Below are positions 1 through 18,588 of a stretch of DNA of 64,000 nt, one piece after another. The translations under genes and the position numbers were made by a program. How positions within the stretch are numbered: the stretch's first letter is position 1; each line of letters begins with the position of its first letter. The notes under the pieces were generated by a model, which worked only from the letters and a program-made list of their open reading frames with translations, had not been told where the DNA came from and did not search any database. The DNA comes from Planctomycetota bacterium (GTDB lineage Bacteria > Planctomycetota > B15-G4), in the NCBI GenBank assembly GCA_038212275.1, contig JBBQUR010000018.1:40987-104986 (forward strand). The letters run 5' to 3'.

Positions 1-345
1 GGCCGCACCCAACTCGATGTAGATGTGACTCGTGCGCTTCTTGATCGGCATGGCCCGTCCGCGTGAACCCGCACGCCAGCGGGCGGATCCACCGAGCAGC
101 GGGCCCTCGTCCACGCGCGCCAGCGAGACGCGCAGGTGATTCGGGTCGATGTTCGTGTCCTGCTCGGCATTGGCAACGGCGGAACGCACCACCTTGCCCA
201 CCATCACGGCCGCACGCTGCGGCGAGTGATCGAGCACGACGAGCGCGCGGTTCACCGGCATTCCCCGGATCATGTCCACCACGAGGCGCGCCTTGCGCGG
301 AGCGGTCCGCGCGAAGCGATGACTGGCCTTGTATTCGGTTGCCAT
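1..345 (-). CDS. rplV: 50S ribosomal protein L22 (3' end runs off the window)
   Basis: Not in ORF track. ATG at 345 directly follows the rpsS stop; reads MATEYKASHRFARTAPRKARLVVDMIRG...DEGP...KKRTSHI; expected S10-operon position. Confidence 0.95.
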   Translation of the reverse strand, partial: MATEYKASHRFARTAPRKARLVVDMIRGMPVNRALVVLDHSPQRAAVMVGKVVRSAVANAEQDTNIDPNHLRVSLARVDEGPLLGGSARWRAGSRGRAMPIKKRTSHIYIELGAA

Positions 346-648
346 TTACTTGCTCGGTGCCGCAGGAGACGACGTCTTCATCGCCTCCTTCTTGTTGGTG
401 TGACCGCGGAAGGTGCGGGTCGGCGCGAACTCGCCGATCTTGTGGCCCACCATGTCCTCGACCACATACACCTTCACGTGCGTGCGGCCGTTATGGACCA
501 GGAAGGTGTGCCCCACGAAGTCGGGCGTGATGGTGCAGGCGCGCGCCCAGGTCGTGATCGGCTCGCGCCGAGTCTCCTGCGACATGCGCATCACCTTCTT
601 CTCGAGGTTGCCGTCCACGAACGGCCCTTTTTTCAGACTTCGACTCAC
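346..648 (-). CDS. rpsS: 30S ribosomal protein S19
   Basis: [11 protein letters not shown]...VHNGR...[13 protein letters not shown]. Confidence 0.98.
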   Translation of the reverse strand: MSRSLKKGPFVDGNLEKKVMRMSQETRREPITTWARACTITPDFVGHTFLVHNGRTHVKVYVVEDMVGHKIGEFAPTRTFRGHTNKKEAMKTSSPAAPSK

Positions 649-660
649 GGGTTACCTCGC

Positions 661-1488
661 CTACTTCTTGCGCTTGCGCACGATCATGCGGCCGGACGTC
701 TTGCGCGGATTGCGCGTCTTGCCGCCCTTGGACAATACGCCGCTGGGCGAGCACGGCTCGCGACCGGCCCCCTGCCGACCCTCGCCGCCGCCGAGCGGGT
801 GAGCGTAGGGCGACATCGCCGAGCCGCGCACGTACGGGCGCCAGCCCTTGTGCCTGTTGCGACCGGCCTTGCCGATGGACACCAGCGCGTGATCGAGATT
901 GCCGACCTGGCCAAGCGTTGCGCGGCACTCGACGTGCACCTTGCGCATCTCGCCGCTGGGCATGATCACCGTCGCGTAGCTGCCTTCGCGCGACGCGAGG
1001 CGGATGACGCATCCTGCGGAGCGGCCGAGCCTCGCGCCGCGGCCCGGCTCGAGCTCGACGCAGTGGATCTCGGCGCCGAGCGGCATCTTCGACAGCGGCA
1101 ACGCGTTGCCGATCGTGGGCTCGGCCTGCGGACCGGACATCACCTTGGCGCCCTGGACCAGCCCGAGCGGAGCGATGATGTAGTCCTTGCGCCCGTCGGC
1201 GTAGTGCAGCAGCGCGATGCTCGCGGAGCGGCCCGGGTCGTACTGCAGCTCCGCGACCGTGGCCGGCACTCCGTCGTGGTTACGACGGAAGTCGATCATG
1301 CGGTACATGCGCTTGTGTCCACCGCCGCGGTGACGCGAGGTGATGCGGCCGTGAGCGTTGCGCCCGTAATGGCGGCGACGCGTTTCGATCAGCGACTTCT
1401 CCGGCCCGCCCTTCGAGAGCGCTGCATCACGCAGCACGCTTCCGGAACGGCGGCCTGCGGAGGTCGGCTTGTACTTGACGATGCCCAT
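661..1488 (-). CDS. rplB: 50S ribosomal protein L2
   Basis: [34 protein letters not shown]. Confidence 0.99.
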   Translation of the reverse strand: MGIVKYKPTSAGRRSGSVLRDAALSKGGPEKSLIETRRRHYGRNAHGRITSRHRGGGHKRMYRMIDFRRNHDGVPATVAELQYDPGRSASIALLHYADGRKDYIIAPLGLVQGAKVMSGPQAEPTIGNALPLSKMPLGAEIHCVELEPGRGARLGRSAGCVIRLASREGSYATVIMPSGEMRKVHVECRATLGQVGNLDHALVSIGKAGRNRHKGWRPYVRGSAMSPYAHPLGGGEGRQGAGREPCSPSGVLSKGGKTRNPRKTSGRMIVRKRKK

Positions 1489-1773
1489 TTACAGGAACTC
1501 CACCGTGTCGCCTTCGGCCAGTGTCACGACCGCGCGCTTCCAGTCGGGGCGCCGGAACTTGCGCGGCCCACGACCCTTGAACTTCCCGTTGCGCACCATC
1601 GTGCGCACGTTCAGCACCTTGACCTTGAAAAGCGTCTCGATGGCGCCCTTGATCTGGATCTTGTTCGCGTCGGGCGACACCAGGAAGGTGTAACCGTTGT
1701 GGGCCGTGGTGATGTCCGTGCCCTTCTCGGTGATGAGCGGCCGCCGCACGATGTCATGCGCGTCGTTCTTCAA
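1489..1773 (-). CDS. rplW: 50S ribosomal protein L23
   Basis: RPLITEK...ANKIQIKGAIE...WKRAVVTL; TTG start. Confidence 0.97.
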   Translation of the reverse strand: MKNDAHDIVRRPLITEKGTDITTAHNGYTFLVSPDANKIQIKGAIETLFKVKVLNVRTMVRNGKFKGRGPRKFRRPDWKRAVVTLAEGDTVEFL

Positions 1774-2438
1774 GCGGCACCACCCTTCGCGGACGCACCC
1801 TGCAGGGCGGCGCGCTTCGACACGGTGAACCGGGACATGACGGCCGTCCAGGCATCATCCACCATCACGAGCTTGCGGTGAGCAAGCACCTGATGGGCGT
1901 TGAGGTCGCTCGCGCGCACGACCGAAACCTTCGGGATGTTGCGGAAGGACTTCCAGAGGTTGGAGTTGTCCGTCGGAAGCACCAGACAGACGGAACCATC
2001 GCACTCGAGAGCCTTGAGTGCGGAGGCGGCCAGCTTGGTCGACGGCTTGGTGAAGGCCGTGGAGGAAAGCGCGAGCACCTCGCTGTCCCGGAGCTTGCCG
2101 GAAAGCGCCGTACGCAGCGCCTCGCGCAATGCTTTGCGCGGCACCGAAAAGCCGAAGTCGCGCGGACGCGGGCCGAAGATGACGCCGCCGCCGCGCAGCA
2201 GCGGCGAGTTGCGATCGCCGCGCCGGGCGTTGCCGGTGCCCTTCTGCTTGTAGGGCTTGTTCTCGGTGTAGTTGGTCTCGCCGCGCGTCTTGGTGCAGAC
2301 GGTGCCCTGGCGCTTGTTGGCCTCGTACATGCGCACGACTTCGCGCAGCAGCCGGACCTTGACCTTGTCCCCGAGCGAGGCGCCATCCACGTTGGCCGTG
2401 GTGACCTTCCCGCCGTTCCAGTTCTTGACGGTGCTCAC
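1770..2438 (-). CDS. rplD: 50S ribosomal protein L4
   Basis: RQGTVCTKTRGE, KPYKQKGTGNARRG, GGGVIFGPRPR. Confidence 0.98.
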   Translation of the reverse strand: MSTVKNWNGGKVTTANVDGASLGDKVKVRLLREVVRMYEANKRQGTVCTKTRGETNYTENKPYKQKGTGNARRGDRNSPLLRGGGVIFGPRPRDFGFSVPRKALREALRTALSGKLRDSEVLALSSTAFTKPSTKLAASALKALECDGSVCLVLPTDNSNLWKSFRNIPKVSVVRASDLNAHQVLAHRKLVMVDDAWTAVMSRFTVSKRAALQGASAKGGAA

Positions 2439-3076
2439 GAGTTGCCACCCTTCGGCTGACGCGTGCTGAGCCGGACGAGGACGACACTGCCGTTGTTTCC
2501 CGGCACCGCTCCCTTGACCAGCATCTGGTTGGTTTCCTTGTCCACCGCGACGACCGCGAGGTTCTTGATGGTCACCCGTTCGTTGCCCATCTTGTTGGCC
2601 ATGCGCTTGCCCTTGAGCACGCGCCCGGGGTGCGTGTGCATGCCGATCGAGCCGGGCTTGCGGACGTTGTCGCTGCCGTGACCCGCCGGACCGCGGCTGA
2701 AGTGGTGCAGCTTGATGGTGCCCTGAAAGCCCTTGCCCTTGCTCGTGCCGATCACGTCGACGTAGCTGCCGACGGCGAACAGCGTGCAGTCGAGGACCGA
2801 GCCAACGGCCTGCTCACCCGCCGGGCCGCGCACCTCGCGGAGCGTGCGACGCGCCTCGACGCCGGCCTTCGCGAACTGGCCCGCGAGCGGCTTGGTGAGG
2901 AGCTTCGGGCGGATGGTGCCGAAGCCGAGCTGGACGGCTTCGTAACCGTCACGCTCCATGGTCTTCACGGCCATGACCGTGTTCGGACCGAGATCGATGA
3001 CCGTGATCGGGACGCGATTGCCGTCCTCGACCCAAGTCTGCGTCATGCCGCGCTTCTTGCCGATCAGCGTGTTCAT
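2435..3076 (-). CDS. rplC: 50S ribosomal protein L3
   Basis: Start re-assigned to ATG 3076 (MNTLIGKKRGMTQ); DGYEAVQLG, SKGKGFQG, KGAVPG. Confidence 0.98.
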   Translation of the reverse strand: MNTLIGKKRGMTQTWVEDGNRVPITVIDLGPNTVMAVKTMERDGYEAVQLGFGTIRPKLLTKPLAGQFAKAGVEARRTLREVRGPAGEQAVGSVLDCTLFAVGSYVDVIGTSKGKGFQGTIKLHHFSRGPAGHGSDNVRKPGSIGMHTHPGRVLKGKRMANKMGNERVTIKNLAVVAVDKETNQMLVKGAVPGNNGSVVLVRLSTRQPKGGNS

Positions 3077-3078
3077 CG

Positions 3079-3387
<309 letters not shown>

Positions 3388-3621
3388 GCTCGCTCGAATC
3401 AACCCGTGGCACGCCGGGCGTGGCCACTTGCTGCGGGACGGATGTCGCTCTCCGCCGCGACAACCGCGCCGAAGAGTTGCCGGCCTTGCCCCCGTTCCAG
3501 GGCAGGTCCGGTCACCTCGAATGGGACCGGGAGGGCCCGACTTCCACTTTGACGTGGAGGTCTGGTCACCGGTCAGTCGGATCCCCGTGAGGGAATTCCC
3601 ATTCAGGGTGAAAAGCGGGCG

Positions 3622-3649
3622 ATTCTAAGAAGCGCCGTCTCCGAGTCAA
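3622..3649 (-). promoter_or_regulatory. sigma70-type promoter of the S10 operon
   Basis: Minus strand TTGACT-N16-TAGAAT with an AT-rich tract upstream, about 230 nt before rpsJ. Confidence 0.75.
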
Positions 3650-3759
3650 AAAGAATCTTCGGGAAGTGCTGGATTCGAGACCCGGCAGCCGCCCGAAGGC
3701 CCCCCCGCTGCGGCGCCTCGGAGTTCGAGGACCGTGGGCGGCGGGCGACCGCCTTTCGC

Positions 3760-5814
3760 TCAGTTCAGCAGATCGCGGGCGATCCGGTCCGGCACGGGCT
3801 CGTAGGTGAGCGGTTCCACGGAAAACGTGGCCCGCCCCTGGCTGAGTGACCGCAGAGCGGTCGAGTAGCCGAAGATCTCCGACAGCGGGACGGAGCCCCG
3901 GACGATGGCCGGATCGGCGTCGGTGACCAGCAGGCGCACCCGCGCCCGTCGGCCGTTGAGGTCGGCGTTCACTCCGGGCAGGAACTCCAGCGGGCACCGG
4001 ATCTCGAAGTCCATCACGGGCTCGAGCAGGACGGGCTGGGCGGCCGCGAGAGCCTGCTCGAAAGCCAGGTGTGCCGCATGCGCAAAGGCCGTGTCGTTGC
4101 TCCCTTGCTCGCGCATGACGCCGCCGAGCAGCGTGACCCGGACTCCGGTGAGCGGGTAGCCGATCGCTCCGCCGCCGGCAACGGCGCTCTTGACGCTCGA
4201 TTCGATCGCCGCGTGGAACTGCAGCGGCACCTGCTCCTTGTTCATCTGGTTCACGACGACGAAGGGCACCGCAGACGGGTCGGGCTCGATGCGCAGGCGA
4301 ACGCCGGCATACATGCTGCGCGTGGGCAGCACCTTGTCGAAAATCGCTTCGCCCTCCGCCGCCTGGCGGATCGTCTGGCGGTACGCGACGCGCGGCTCGC
4401 CCACGCGGATCTGCATCTTGAAGTCGCGCTCGATGCGGTGTCGCAGGATCTCCAGGTGCAGCTCGCCGACACCAGAGATGAGCATTTCACCCGTTTCCGC
4501 GTGGTGCGACCACGTGAACGTCGGATCGTCGCGCGACAACAGCCCGAGCACGTTCACGAGCGCGTCTTTGTCCTTCACGCTCCACGGCTCGATGGACATC
4601 GAGATCACCGGCTCCGGGAAGTGCATGCCCTCCAGCACCACGGGCCGGGACTTCTCGCACAGCGTGTCACCCGTCGCAGAGACCTTGAGGCCCACGACGC
4701 CGACAATGTCGCCGGCTTCCGCGCGCTCGACCGCTTCCTTGTCGTCGGCGTGCATCACGTAGAGCCGGTTGACGCGCTCGGTCTTGTCCGTGCGCGGGTT
4801 CCACACCTGATCCGACAGCTTGAGCGTCCCGGAATAGAGGCGCACGAAAGCCAGGTCGCCCTTGCTGTCCCACAGCGTCTTGAAGATGAGCGCGCAGAGC
4901 GGCCCCTTGGGATCGGGCGGCACCTCCACCGGCGCCTCGTCGTGCGGATGCAGGCCGCGCGCCGGCGCCGCCTCGGTCGGTGCGGGCAGGAAGGCCGCGA
5001 CGGCATCGAGCAGCGGCTGGACGCCGATGTTGCGGAAGGCGGAGCCGCACAGGACGGGTGCGAAACTCGAAGCGAGCGTGCCCGCCTTGATCGCCGCCAG
5101 GACGGCCGGCAGCGGCGCCTGCTCCTCGTGCTGCAGGTAGACCTCGGTGAAGCTGTCCACCTCGTCGGCAAGCGTCTCGAGCAGCGTGTGCCGCGCGAGC
5201 TGCGCTTCTTCCAGCAGTTCTTCGGGAATGTCGCTCTCGATGATGTCCTTGCCGAGGCTCTCTTCGGTGAAGCGAAGCGCCTTCATCCGCAGCAGGTCGA
5301 TGACGCCGCAGAAGGACTTCTCGGCGCCCCACGGGAGCTGCAGCGGCAGCATCCTCCGCTGCAGACGCTCGCCGGCATCCGCGACCACGCGATCGAAGTC
5401 GGCGCCGGTGCGGTCGAGCTTGTTCACGAACACGAGGCGCGGCACGGCGTACTTGTCGGCCTGATGCCAGACGGTTTCGCTCTGGGCCTGCACGCCTGCC
5501 ACGCCGCAGAGCACCACCACGGCGCCGTCGAGCACGCGCAGGCTTCGCTCCACCTCCACGCCGAAGTCCACGTGCCCGGGCGTATCGATCACGTTGATGC
5601 GGTGACCCTTCCACGCGCAACTCGTCGCGGCCGACGTGATCGTGATGCCGCGCTCCCGTTCCTCGGGCAGGTAGTCCATCCGGGCTGTGCCCTCGTGAAC
5701 CTCGCCGAGGCGATGACCGCGTTCCGTGTAGAACAGGATGCGCTCGGTCAGCGTGGTCTTGCCCGCATCGATGTGGGCGATGATGCCGATGTTCCGGATG
5801 AGCGAGCGCTTCAT
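3760..5814 (-). CDS. fusA: Elongation factor G, divergent (EF-G2-like) paralogue in the str operon
   Basis: [32 protein letters not shown]; domain IV loops diverged; start ATG 5814 follows GAAGGA. Confidence 0.93.
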   Translation of the reverse strand: MKRSLIRNIGIIAHIDAGKTTLTERILFYTERGHRLGEVHEGTARMDYLPEERERGITITSAATSCAWKGHRINVIDTPGHVDFGVEVERSLRVLDGAVVVLCGVAGVQAQSETVWHQADKYAVPRLVFVNKLDRTGADFDRVVADAGERLQRRMLPLQLPWGAEKSFCGVIDLLRMKALRFTEESLGKDIIESDIPEELLEEAQLARHTLLETLADEVDSFTEVYLQHEEQAPLPAVLAAIKAGTLASSFAPVLCGSAFRNIGVQPLLDAVAAFLPAPTEAAPARGLHPHDEAPVEVPPDPKGPLCALIFKTLWDSKGDLAFVRLYSGTLKLSDQVWNPRTDKTERVNRLYVMHADDKEAVERAEAGDIVGVVGLKVSATGDTLCEKSRPVVLEGMHFPEPVISMSIEPWSVKDKDALVNVLGLLSRDDPTFTWSHHAETGEMLISGVGELHLEILRHRIERDFKMQIRVGEPRVAYRQTIRQAAEGEAIFDKVLPTRSMYAGVRLRIEPDPSAVPFVVVNQMNKEQVPLQFHAAIESSVKSAVAGGGAIGYPLTGVRVTLLGGVMREQGSNDTAFAHAAHLAFEQALAAAQPVLLEPVMDFEIRCPLEFLPGVNADLNGRRARVRLLVTDADPAIVRGSVPLSEIFGYSTALRSLSQGRATFSVEPLTYEPVPDRIARDLLN

Positions 5815-5815
5815 C

Positions 5816-5860
5816 GCGATGTCCTTCCGGGCGATGTCCTTCCGGGCGATGTCCTTCCGG
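5816..5860. repeat. Three exact tandem copies of a 15-mer (minus strand CCGGAAGGACATCGC) directly upstream of fusA
   Basis: gcgatgtccttccgg at 5816, 5831 and 5846. Confidence 0.95.
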
Positions 5861-6117
5861 CGAACGTCGGCGGTGCGCGACGCCGGGTGCAACGCATGGC
5901 AACCGGCGCCAGCCGTCGGCCCCACCGACACGATCGGGACGCCCGAGTGCCGCAGATGCGAGTCACCCAGGCACCGGTCTCGCAGGCACAGGCTTCGCGA
6001 GCGAGGGGGCTGCGCGCGGGGACGGCGTGCAGCGCGACGGCTGCTCTCAGCGCCCCGGCCGGCACCGGGCGCCGCGCGGAATGCCCGCAGCGCTGGATGT
6101 CGGCCATGAGTGAACGA

Positions 6118-6591
6118 CTACCACGCGAAGTGGGCGTAGGCCTTGTTGGCCTCAGCCATCTTGTGCGTGTTCTCCTTCGTCGTGAAGGCAACGCCCTGCT
6201 GATTGAACGCGTCGTACAACTCCTCGGCCAGACGCCTGCCCATCGGCTTGCCCTTCTTCTTGCGGGCTGCCGAGATGATCCAGCGGATGGCCAGCGCCTG
6301 CTGGCGCTCGCGTTTGATCTCGTGCGGTACCTGCAGCGTGGCGCCGCCGACGCGCTTGCTGCGCACCTCGACGACCGGCTTCACGTTGTTGAGCGCCGTG
6401 CTGAACACCTCGAGCGGGTCCTGGTCCGGCACCTTGGTCGCGAGGCTGTCGATGGCGGTGTAGAACACGCCACGCGCAGCAGTCTTGCGGCCCTGGTGCA
6501 TGAGGCAGTTGATGAACTTGCTCGCCAGCTTGCTCTGGTAGCGCGAGTCGGGCTCAAGGAAGCGTGCGGTGGATTTGAACTTGCGGGGCAT
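6118..6591 (-). CDS. rpsG: 30S ribosomal protein S7
   Basis: VEVRSKRVGGATLQVP, HKMAEANKAYAHF. Confidence 0.99.
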   Translation of the reverse strand: MPRKFKSTARFLEPDSRYQSKLASKFINCLMHQGRKTAARGVFYTAIDSLATKVPDQDPLEVFSTALNNVKPVVEVRSKRVGGATLQVPHEIKRERQQALAIRWIISAARKKKGKPMGRRLAEELYDAFNQQGVAFTTKENTHKMAEANKAYAHFAW

Positions 6592-6627
6592 GCGTGGGTT
6601 TCTCTGCAGCGCGGGAAGCGCGAGGGA

Positions 6628-7002
6628 TCAGGTCTTCGGGCGCTTGGTGCCGTACTTGCTGCGGCTCTGCTTGCGATCCGCGGTCGACGCCGCGTCCATG
6701 GTGCCGCGAATGATGTGGTAGCGAACGCCGGGGAGATCGCGCACGCGACCGCCGCGGATCAGCACGATCGCGTGCTCCTGCAGCGTGTGCTTCTCGCCCG
6801 GAATGTAGGCGGTGATCTCCTTGCCGTTGCTCAGCTTGACGCGCGCGATTTTCCGCAGCGCGGAGTTCGGCTTCTTCGGCGTCTGGATCTTGACCTGCAG
6901 GCACACGCCGCGCTTGAACGGGCACTTGTCCAGCACGGGCGACTTGGACCGATTGGGAAGCTTGGAGCGACCCTTGCGGACGAGTTGGTTGATGGTGGGC
7001 AT
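6628..7002 (-). CDS. rpsL: 30S ribosomal protein S12
   Basis: [28 protein letters not shown]. Confidence 0.99.
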   Translation of the reverse strand: MPTINQLVRKGRSKLPNRSKSPVLDKCPFKRGVCLQVKIQTPKKPNSALRKIARVKLSNGKEITAYIPGEKHTLQEHAIVLIRGGRVRDLPGVRYHIIRGTMDAASTADRKQSRSKYGTKRPKT

Positions 7003-7041
7003 GAGAAGTCAGGCATCCCGGACGCGGAAAACGAGCCACAC

Positions 7042-7070
7042 ATTCGATCAATCGAGCCCTCGCCGGTCAA
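7042..7070 (-). promoter_or_regulatory. Putative sigma70 promoter of the str operon
   Basis: Minus strand TTGACC-N17-TCGAAT, about 40 nt before rpsL; weak -10 match. Confidence 0.5.
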
Positions 7071-7180
7071 GGCTGAGGGCTGCATTTCGGCGCGGACAGG
7101 CCTGTGGTCGGGCCCTGACTGACGCCCGTGGATGGCGGCAGGGCTCACCCTGCCCGCCCCCACGCTTCATGTTCCTGTCT

Positions 7181-11305
<4,125 letters not shown>

Positions 11306-11345
11306 GTGAGTGTTCCCCGTGGAAGTCGCGTGATCTGACCCGAGG

Positions 11346-15026
<3,681 letters not shown>

Positions 15027-15142
15027 GGGCGGTCCCTGAGCGGAGGAAGGGGTCGCGGATCAGCGGAGACGCAACGGAACGCGGATCGCACCTGTGAGGA
15101 GCGTCCGCGAGTCCGTTGCGGTGAGAAGAGCCGGGGAGGTGA

Positions 15143-15550
15143 TTACTTGACCTCGACGGTCCCGCCGTTCTCCTCGAGCTCCTTCTTGATCTTCTCGGCC
15201 TCGTCCTTGGTGACGCCTTCCTTGACCGCCTTCGGGGCGGCCTCGACGAGATCCTTGGCCTCCTTGAGACCGAGGCCCGTGATGGCGCGAACGGCCTTGA
15301 TCACCTGAATCTTCTTGTCGCCCGAGCCCGTGAGCATGACCGTGAAGCTGGTCTTCTCCTCGGCCGCGGCAGCGCCGCCCGCCGCCGGAGCAGCGGCCAT
15401 CATCATTCCACCACCCGCGGCCGGCTCGATGCCGTGCACGTTCTTGAGGTAGTCGGAAAGCTGCTGGGCATCGAGCAGCGTCAAGCCGACGATCGAGTCG
15501 CCGAGCGTCTTGATGCTGGCCTTGTATTCCATGGTGGCTGCGTCGGACAT
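15143..15550 (-). CDS. rplL: 50S ribosomal protein L7/L12
   Basis: EEKTSF...[34 protein letters not shown] before ATG 15550. Confidence 0.97.
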   Translation of the reverse strand: MSDAATMEYKASIKTLGDSIVGLTLLDAQQLSDYLKNVHGIEPAAGGGMMMAAAPAAGGAAAAEEKTSFTVMLTGSGDKKIQVIKAVRAITGLGLKEAKDLVEAAPKAVKEGVTKDEAEKIKKELEENGGTVEVK

Positions 15551-15615
15551 GTCTGATTCTCTCCTTGAAGAGGCCGTCTGGGCCTCGCGCGCTTGAAAAG
15601 GGTTGAAGTGTCGGA

Positions 15616-16173
15616 TCAGGCCGAAGGGGCCTGAGTTTCCAGGTTCGTGACGTGTGTCTTGATCGCTCCGGCAATGCGGCTGCCGGCGGCGCGGATCTGG
15701 CTGTTCAGTCGGGCGCCCGGCGCCATGATCTGGGCAACGATGCGACCCTGGACCTCGCGCTTGCTCGGCATCTTGTCCAGGCGCTTGGCCTCGGCCGGCG
15801 ACAGCACGACGCCGTCGAGCACGCCGCCCTTGATCACGGGCAGCTCGGCGCTCTTCTCCTTGCGCCATGCGGAGACGACCTTGCTGGCGGCAATCGCCAC
15901 GCAGTCCACCGACTTGCCGGTCTCACCGACGATGATCGCGGCCGGACCGTCGAAAAAGCCTTCCGTGGCGGCATAGCCGCGCGCGGCCAAGACCCGCTTC
16001 GCCAGCGCGCCCTTCAGCACCTGCATGCGCAGGTTGCTCTCGGCGAGCTGCCGACGGAACTTGCCGTCGTCCTGCACGGACATGCCGAGCGGCTGGATGA
16101 AGAGAGCGTCGAGCTTGTCGCCGAGCAGCGACTCGTACTCGGCATTGATGGCGACATTCAGTGTGTTCGGCAT
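15616..16173 (-). CDS. rplJ: 50S ribosomal protein L10
   Basis: Lies between rplA and rplL; IKGGVLDG...[18 protein letters not shown] before ATG 16173. Confidence 0.9.
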   Translation of the reverse strand: MPNTLNVAINAEYESLLGDKLDALFIQPLGMSVQDDGKFRRQLAESNLRMQVLKGALAKRVLAARGYAATEGFFDGPAAIIVGETGKSVDCVAIAASKVVSAWRKEKSAELPVIKGGVLDGVVLSPAEAKRLDKMPSKREVQGRIVAQIMAPGARLNSQIRAAGSRIAGAIKTHVTNLETQAPSA

Positions 16174-16195
16174 GGGATCTCTCCGTGGCGGCCGG

Positions 16196-16885
16196 TCAGG
16201 CCGCCGGCTCCACCAGCACGCCCGGGCCCATGGTGTTGGCGAGCGATACCTTCTGGATGAACTGTCCACGAGCCGACGCCGGTCGCAGCGCGTTGACCGC
16301 GCCGAGGAAGGCCCGGATGTTTTCGACGAGGTTCACGTCGTCGAAGGATTTCTTGCCGACAGGCGCGTGCACGGTGCCGGCAGCGTCAGCGCGGAACTCG
16401 ATCTTTCCGGCGCGAAACTCCCGGACGGCCTTCTCGACGTCCGCCGTGACCGTGCCGGACTTCGGCGTCGGCATCTTGCCCTGGGGACCGAGCACCTTTC
16501 CGAGCTTGCCCACGCCACCCATCATGTCGGGCGCCGCGATGGCCACGTCGAACTCGGTCCAGCCGTCGCTGACCTTCTTGACGAGTTCGTCGGCGCCGAC
16601 TTCGACGGCGCCGGCCTTGCGCGCGGCCTCCTGCTTGGCTGGATCCTTCACGAAGGCGATGACCCGGAGCGTGCGGCCGGTGCCGTGCGGCAGCGAGACC
16701 GCGCCTCGCACAGTCTGCTCGGTCTTCTTGGAGTCAATGCCGAGATTGACCGCGATATTCACGGTCTCGTCGAACTTCGGACCCTTGGCCTGCTTGAGGA
16801 GCTTGATGCCGTCCTCAAGGCTGTAGACCTTGCCGATCGTGACCAGCTTGCCGTTCGCGAGCACGCGCTTGCCTGTGGTGACCAT
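16196..16885 (-). CDS. rplA: 50S ribosomal protein L1
   Basis: KFDETV, VRGAVSLPHGTG, LGPQGKMPTPK, TMGPG. Confidence 0.98.
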   Translation of the reverse strand: MVTTGKRVLANGKLVTIGKVYSLEDGIKLLKQAKGPKFDETVNIAVNLGIDSKKTEQTVRGAVSLPHGTGRTLRVIAFVKDPAKQEAARKAGAVEVGADELVKKVSDGWTEFDVAIAAPDMMGGVGKLGKVLGPQGKMPTPKSGTVTADVEKAVREFRAGKIEFRADAAGTVHAPVGKKSFDDVNLVENIRAFLGAVNALRPASARGQFIQKVSLANTMGPGVLVEPAA

Positions 16886-16944
16886 GCTTGACTTCTTCCT
16901 TCAATCCCGGCCCGTCGGACCGACTCGATCTGTTCGCCTTCGAC

Positions 16945-17370
16945 TTAGCCTTCGACCCGAATGCCCATGGACCGTGCGGTGCCGGCCACCATGCGGGCCG
17001 CCGCATCCACGTCGCGCGCGTTCAAGTCGCGCATCTTGATCTGCGCGATCTCGCGCACCTGCGCACCCTTCACGGTGCCCACGTTCTCGCTCGCGGCAGC
17101 GCCCTTCACCACGCCGGCAGCCCGCTTCAGCAGGACAGACGCCGGGGGCGTCTTCATGATGAAGGTGTAGCTGCGGTCGGTGTAGATCGTGATCTCGACC
17201 GGGATGATGAGGCCCATCTGGTCGCGCGTGGCGTCGTTGTATTCCTTGACGAACTGCCCGATGTTCACGCCGTGCTGGCCGAGCGCAGGGCCCACCGGGG
17301 GCGCAGGCGTGGCCTGGCCTGCAGGCATCTGCAGCTTGACGAGTGCCTTGATTTCTTTCTTGGGTGCCAT
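16945..17370 (-). CDS. rplK: 50S ribosomal protein L11
   Basis: [28 protein letters not shown]. Confidence 0.99.
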   Translation of the reverse strand: MAPKKEIKALVKLQMPAGQATPAPPVGPALGQHGVNIGQFVKEYNDATRDQMGLIIPVEITIYTDRSYTFIMKTPPASVLLKRAAGVVKGAAASENVGTVKGAQVREIAQIKMRDLNARDVDAAARMVAGTARSMGIRVEG

Positions 17371-17392
17371 CTTTGTTGCTCCGCGGCTCTCG

Positions 17393-17959
17393 TCAGGTCG
17401 ACTCGACCTGCCAGTATTCCAACTCCACCGGGGTCTCTCGGCCGAAGATCGTGACGATCACCCGCACGAGACCCTTGGCGTCGTTCACTTCGTCGACGAC
17501 ACCGTTGTATGACTCGAAGGGTCCTTCGTTGATCTTGACCCTGTCGCCGACCTTGAAGTTGATGCGCAGCGCGGGACGCTCGTCCGTCTTGCGCATGCCC
17601 ACGAGGATGCGATCGACTTCGTGCGCGTCCATTGCGACCGGCGTGCGATCCGAACCGACAAAGTCGCCGATTCCCGCGGTCTCGCGGATCACGAACCAGA
17701 CGGCTTCGGGGATCTTCCCCTCCTCGTCGAGGTGCATCTCCACCATCAGGTAGCCGGGGTACAGCTTGCGCTGGATGACCTTCTTCTTGCCGCCCTTGAT
17801 CTCGGAGACGGACTCGGTCGGCACCAGGACGTTGGGAACGAGGCCTTCGAGGCCCTCGTTCTTGAGGCGCTGGACGAGCTTCTCGCGCATGCGGTTCTCG
17901 AGATTGCTCGGAACCCGCAGGACGAACCAGCGTGACGGCGTGACGGCGTGGCTTTCCAT
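17393..17959 (-). CDS. nusG: Transcription termination/antitermination factor NusG
   Basis: [15 protein letters not shown] motif [25 protein letters not shown] 17959 overlaps the secE stop. Confidence 0.97.
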   Translation of the reverse strand: MESHAVTPSRWFVLRVPSNLENRMREKLVQRLKNEGLEGLVPNVLVPTESVSEIKGGKKKVIQRKLYPGYLMVEMHLDEEGKIPEAVWFVIRETAGIGDFVGSDRTPVAMDAHEVDRILVGMRKTDERPALRINFKVGDRVKINEGPFESYNGVVDEVNDAKGLVRVIVTIFGRETPVELEYWQVEST

Positions 17960-18402
17960 CAGAACACGTACTTCACCATGACCTCGTTCAGCAACCAGTC
18001 CATGCCGGCGAGAATGACGGTGAAGAACACCATCACGCCGAGGATCACAAGCGATGACTTCCACGTCTCATCGAAGGTCGGCCAAGTGCACTTGCGCATC
18101 TCGGTCTCGCACTCGATGAGCATGTCCGCGACCTTGGGCTTGTTGTGGAACCACAACAGCACCCAGAGGACGGCGCCGGCCACCAGCAGCGCGATGAGCA
18201 GCGCCGGCGTGATCGGCAGGCCCAGCACGGGCACCGGGCCGCCCGACAGATCGCTCACGAGCATGCCCGGGTTGCTCTCGTCCCCGCGGAACGAGATCAG
18301 GTAGTAGTACAGCGTGTGGCAACCAAACGCCCCGAGCGCCGCCAGCAGCAAGAAGCTGGACGTGCGGGCGTAGGTGCCTTGATCAGCCTTGTACTTCACC
18401 AT
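17959..18402 (-). CDS. secE: Preprotein translocase subunit SecE (extended, about 3 TM)
   Basis: LIECETEMRKCTWPT SecE motif followed by a TM segment; lies between tRNA-Trp and nusG. Confidence 0.93.
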   Translation of the reverse strand: MVKYKADQGTYARTSSFLLLAALGAFGCHTLYYYLISFRGDESNPGMLVSDLSGGPVPVLGLPITPALLIALLVAGAVLWVLLWFHNKPKVADMLIECETEMRKCTWPTFDETWKSSLVILGVMVFFTVILAGMDWLLNEVMVKYVF

Positions 18403-18493
18403 CGCGGTCGATCTGGTTTCGGTGAACGGGACTTGTTGTTCGCGGCTCGTGACCTGCCGGATCGTCGCGCGCGCGAAACGTCCGGTTTCGGTT

Positions 18494-18570
18494 TGGCAGG
18501 CCAGGGGGGATTCGAACCCACAACCCTCGGTTTTGGAGACCGATGCTCTACCAGTTGGAGCTACTGGCCT
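18494..18570 (-). tRNA. tRNA-Trp (CCA)
   Basis: AGGCCAGTAGCTCCAACTGGTAGAGC, anticodon loop CTCCAAA, GTTCGAATCC, encoded 3' CCA. Confidence 0.97.
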
Positions 18571-18588
18571 TGCATGCGTGCGGAGTCG

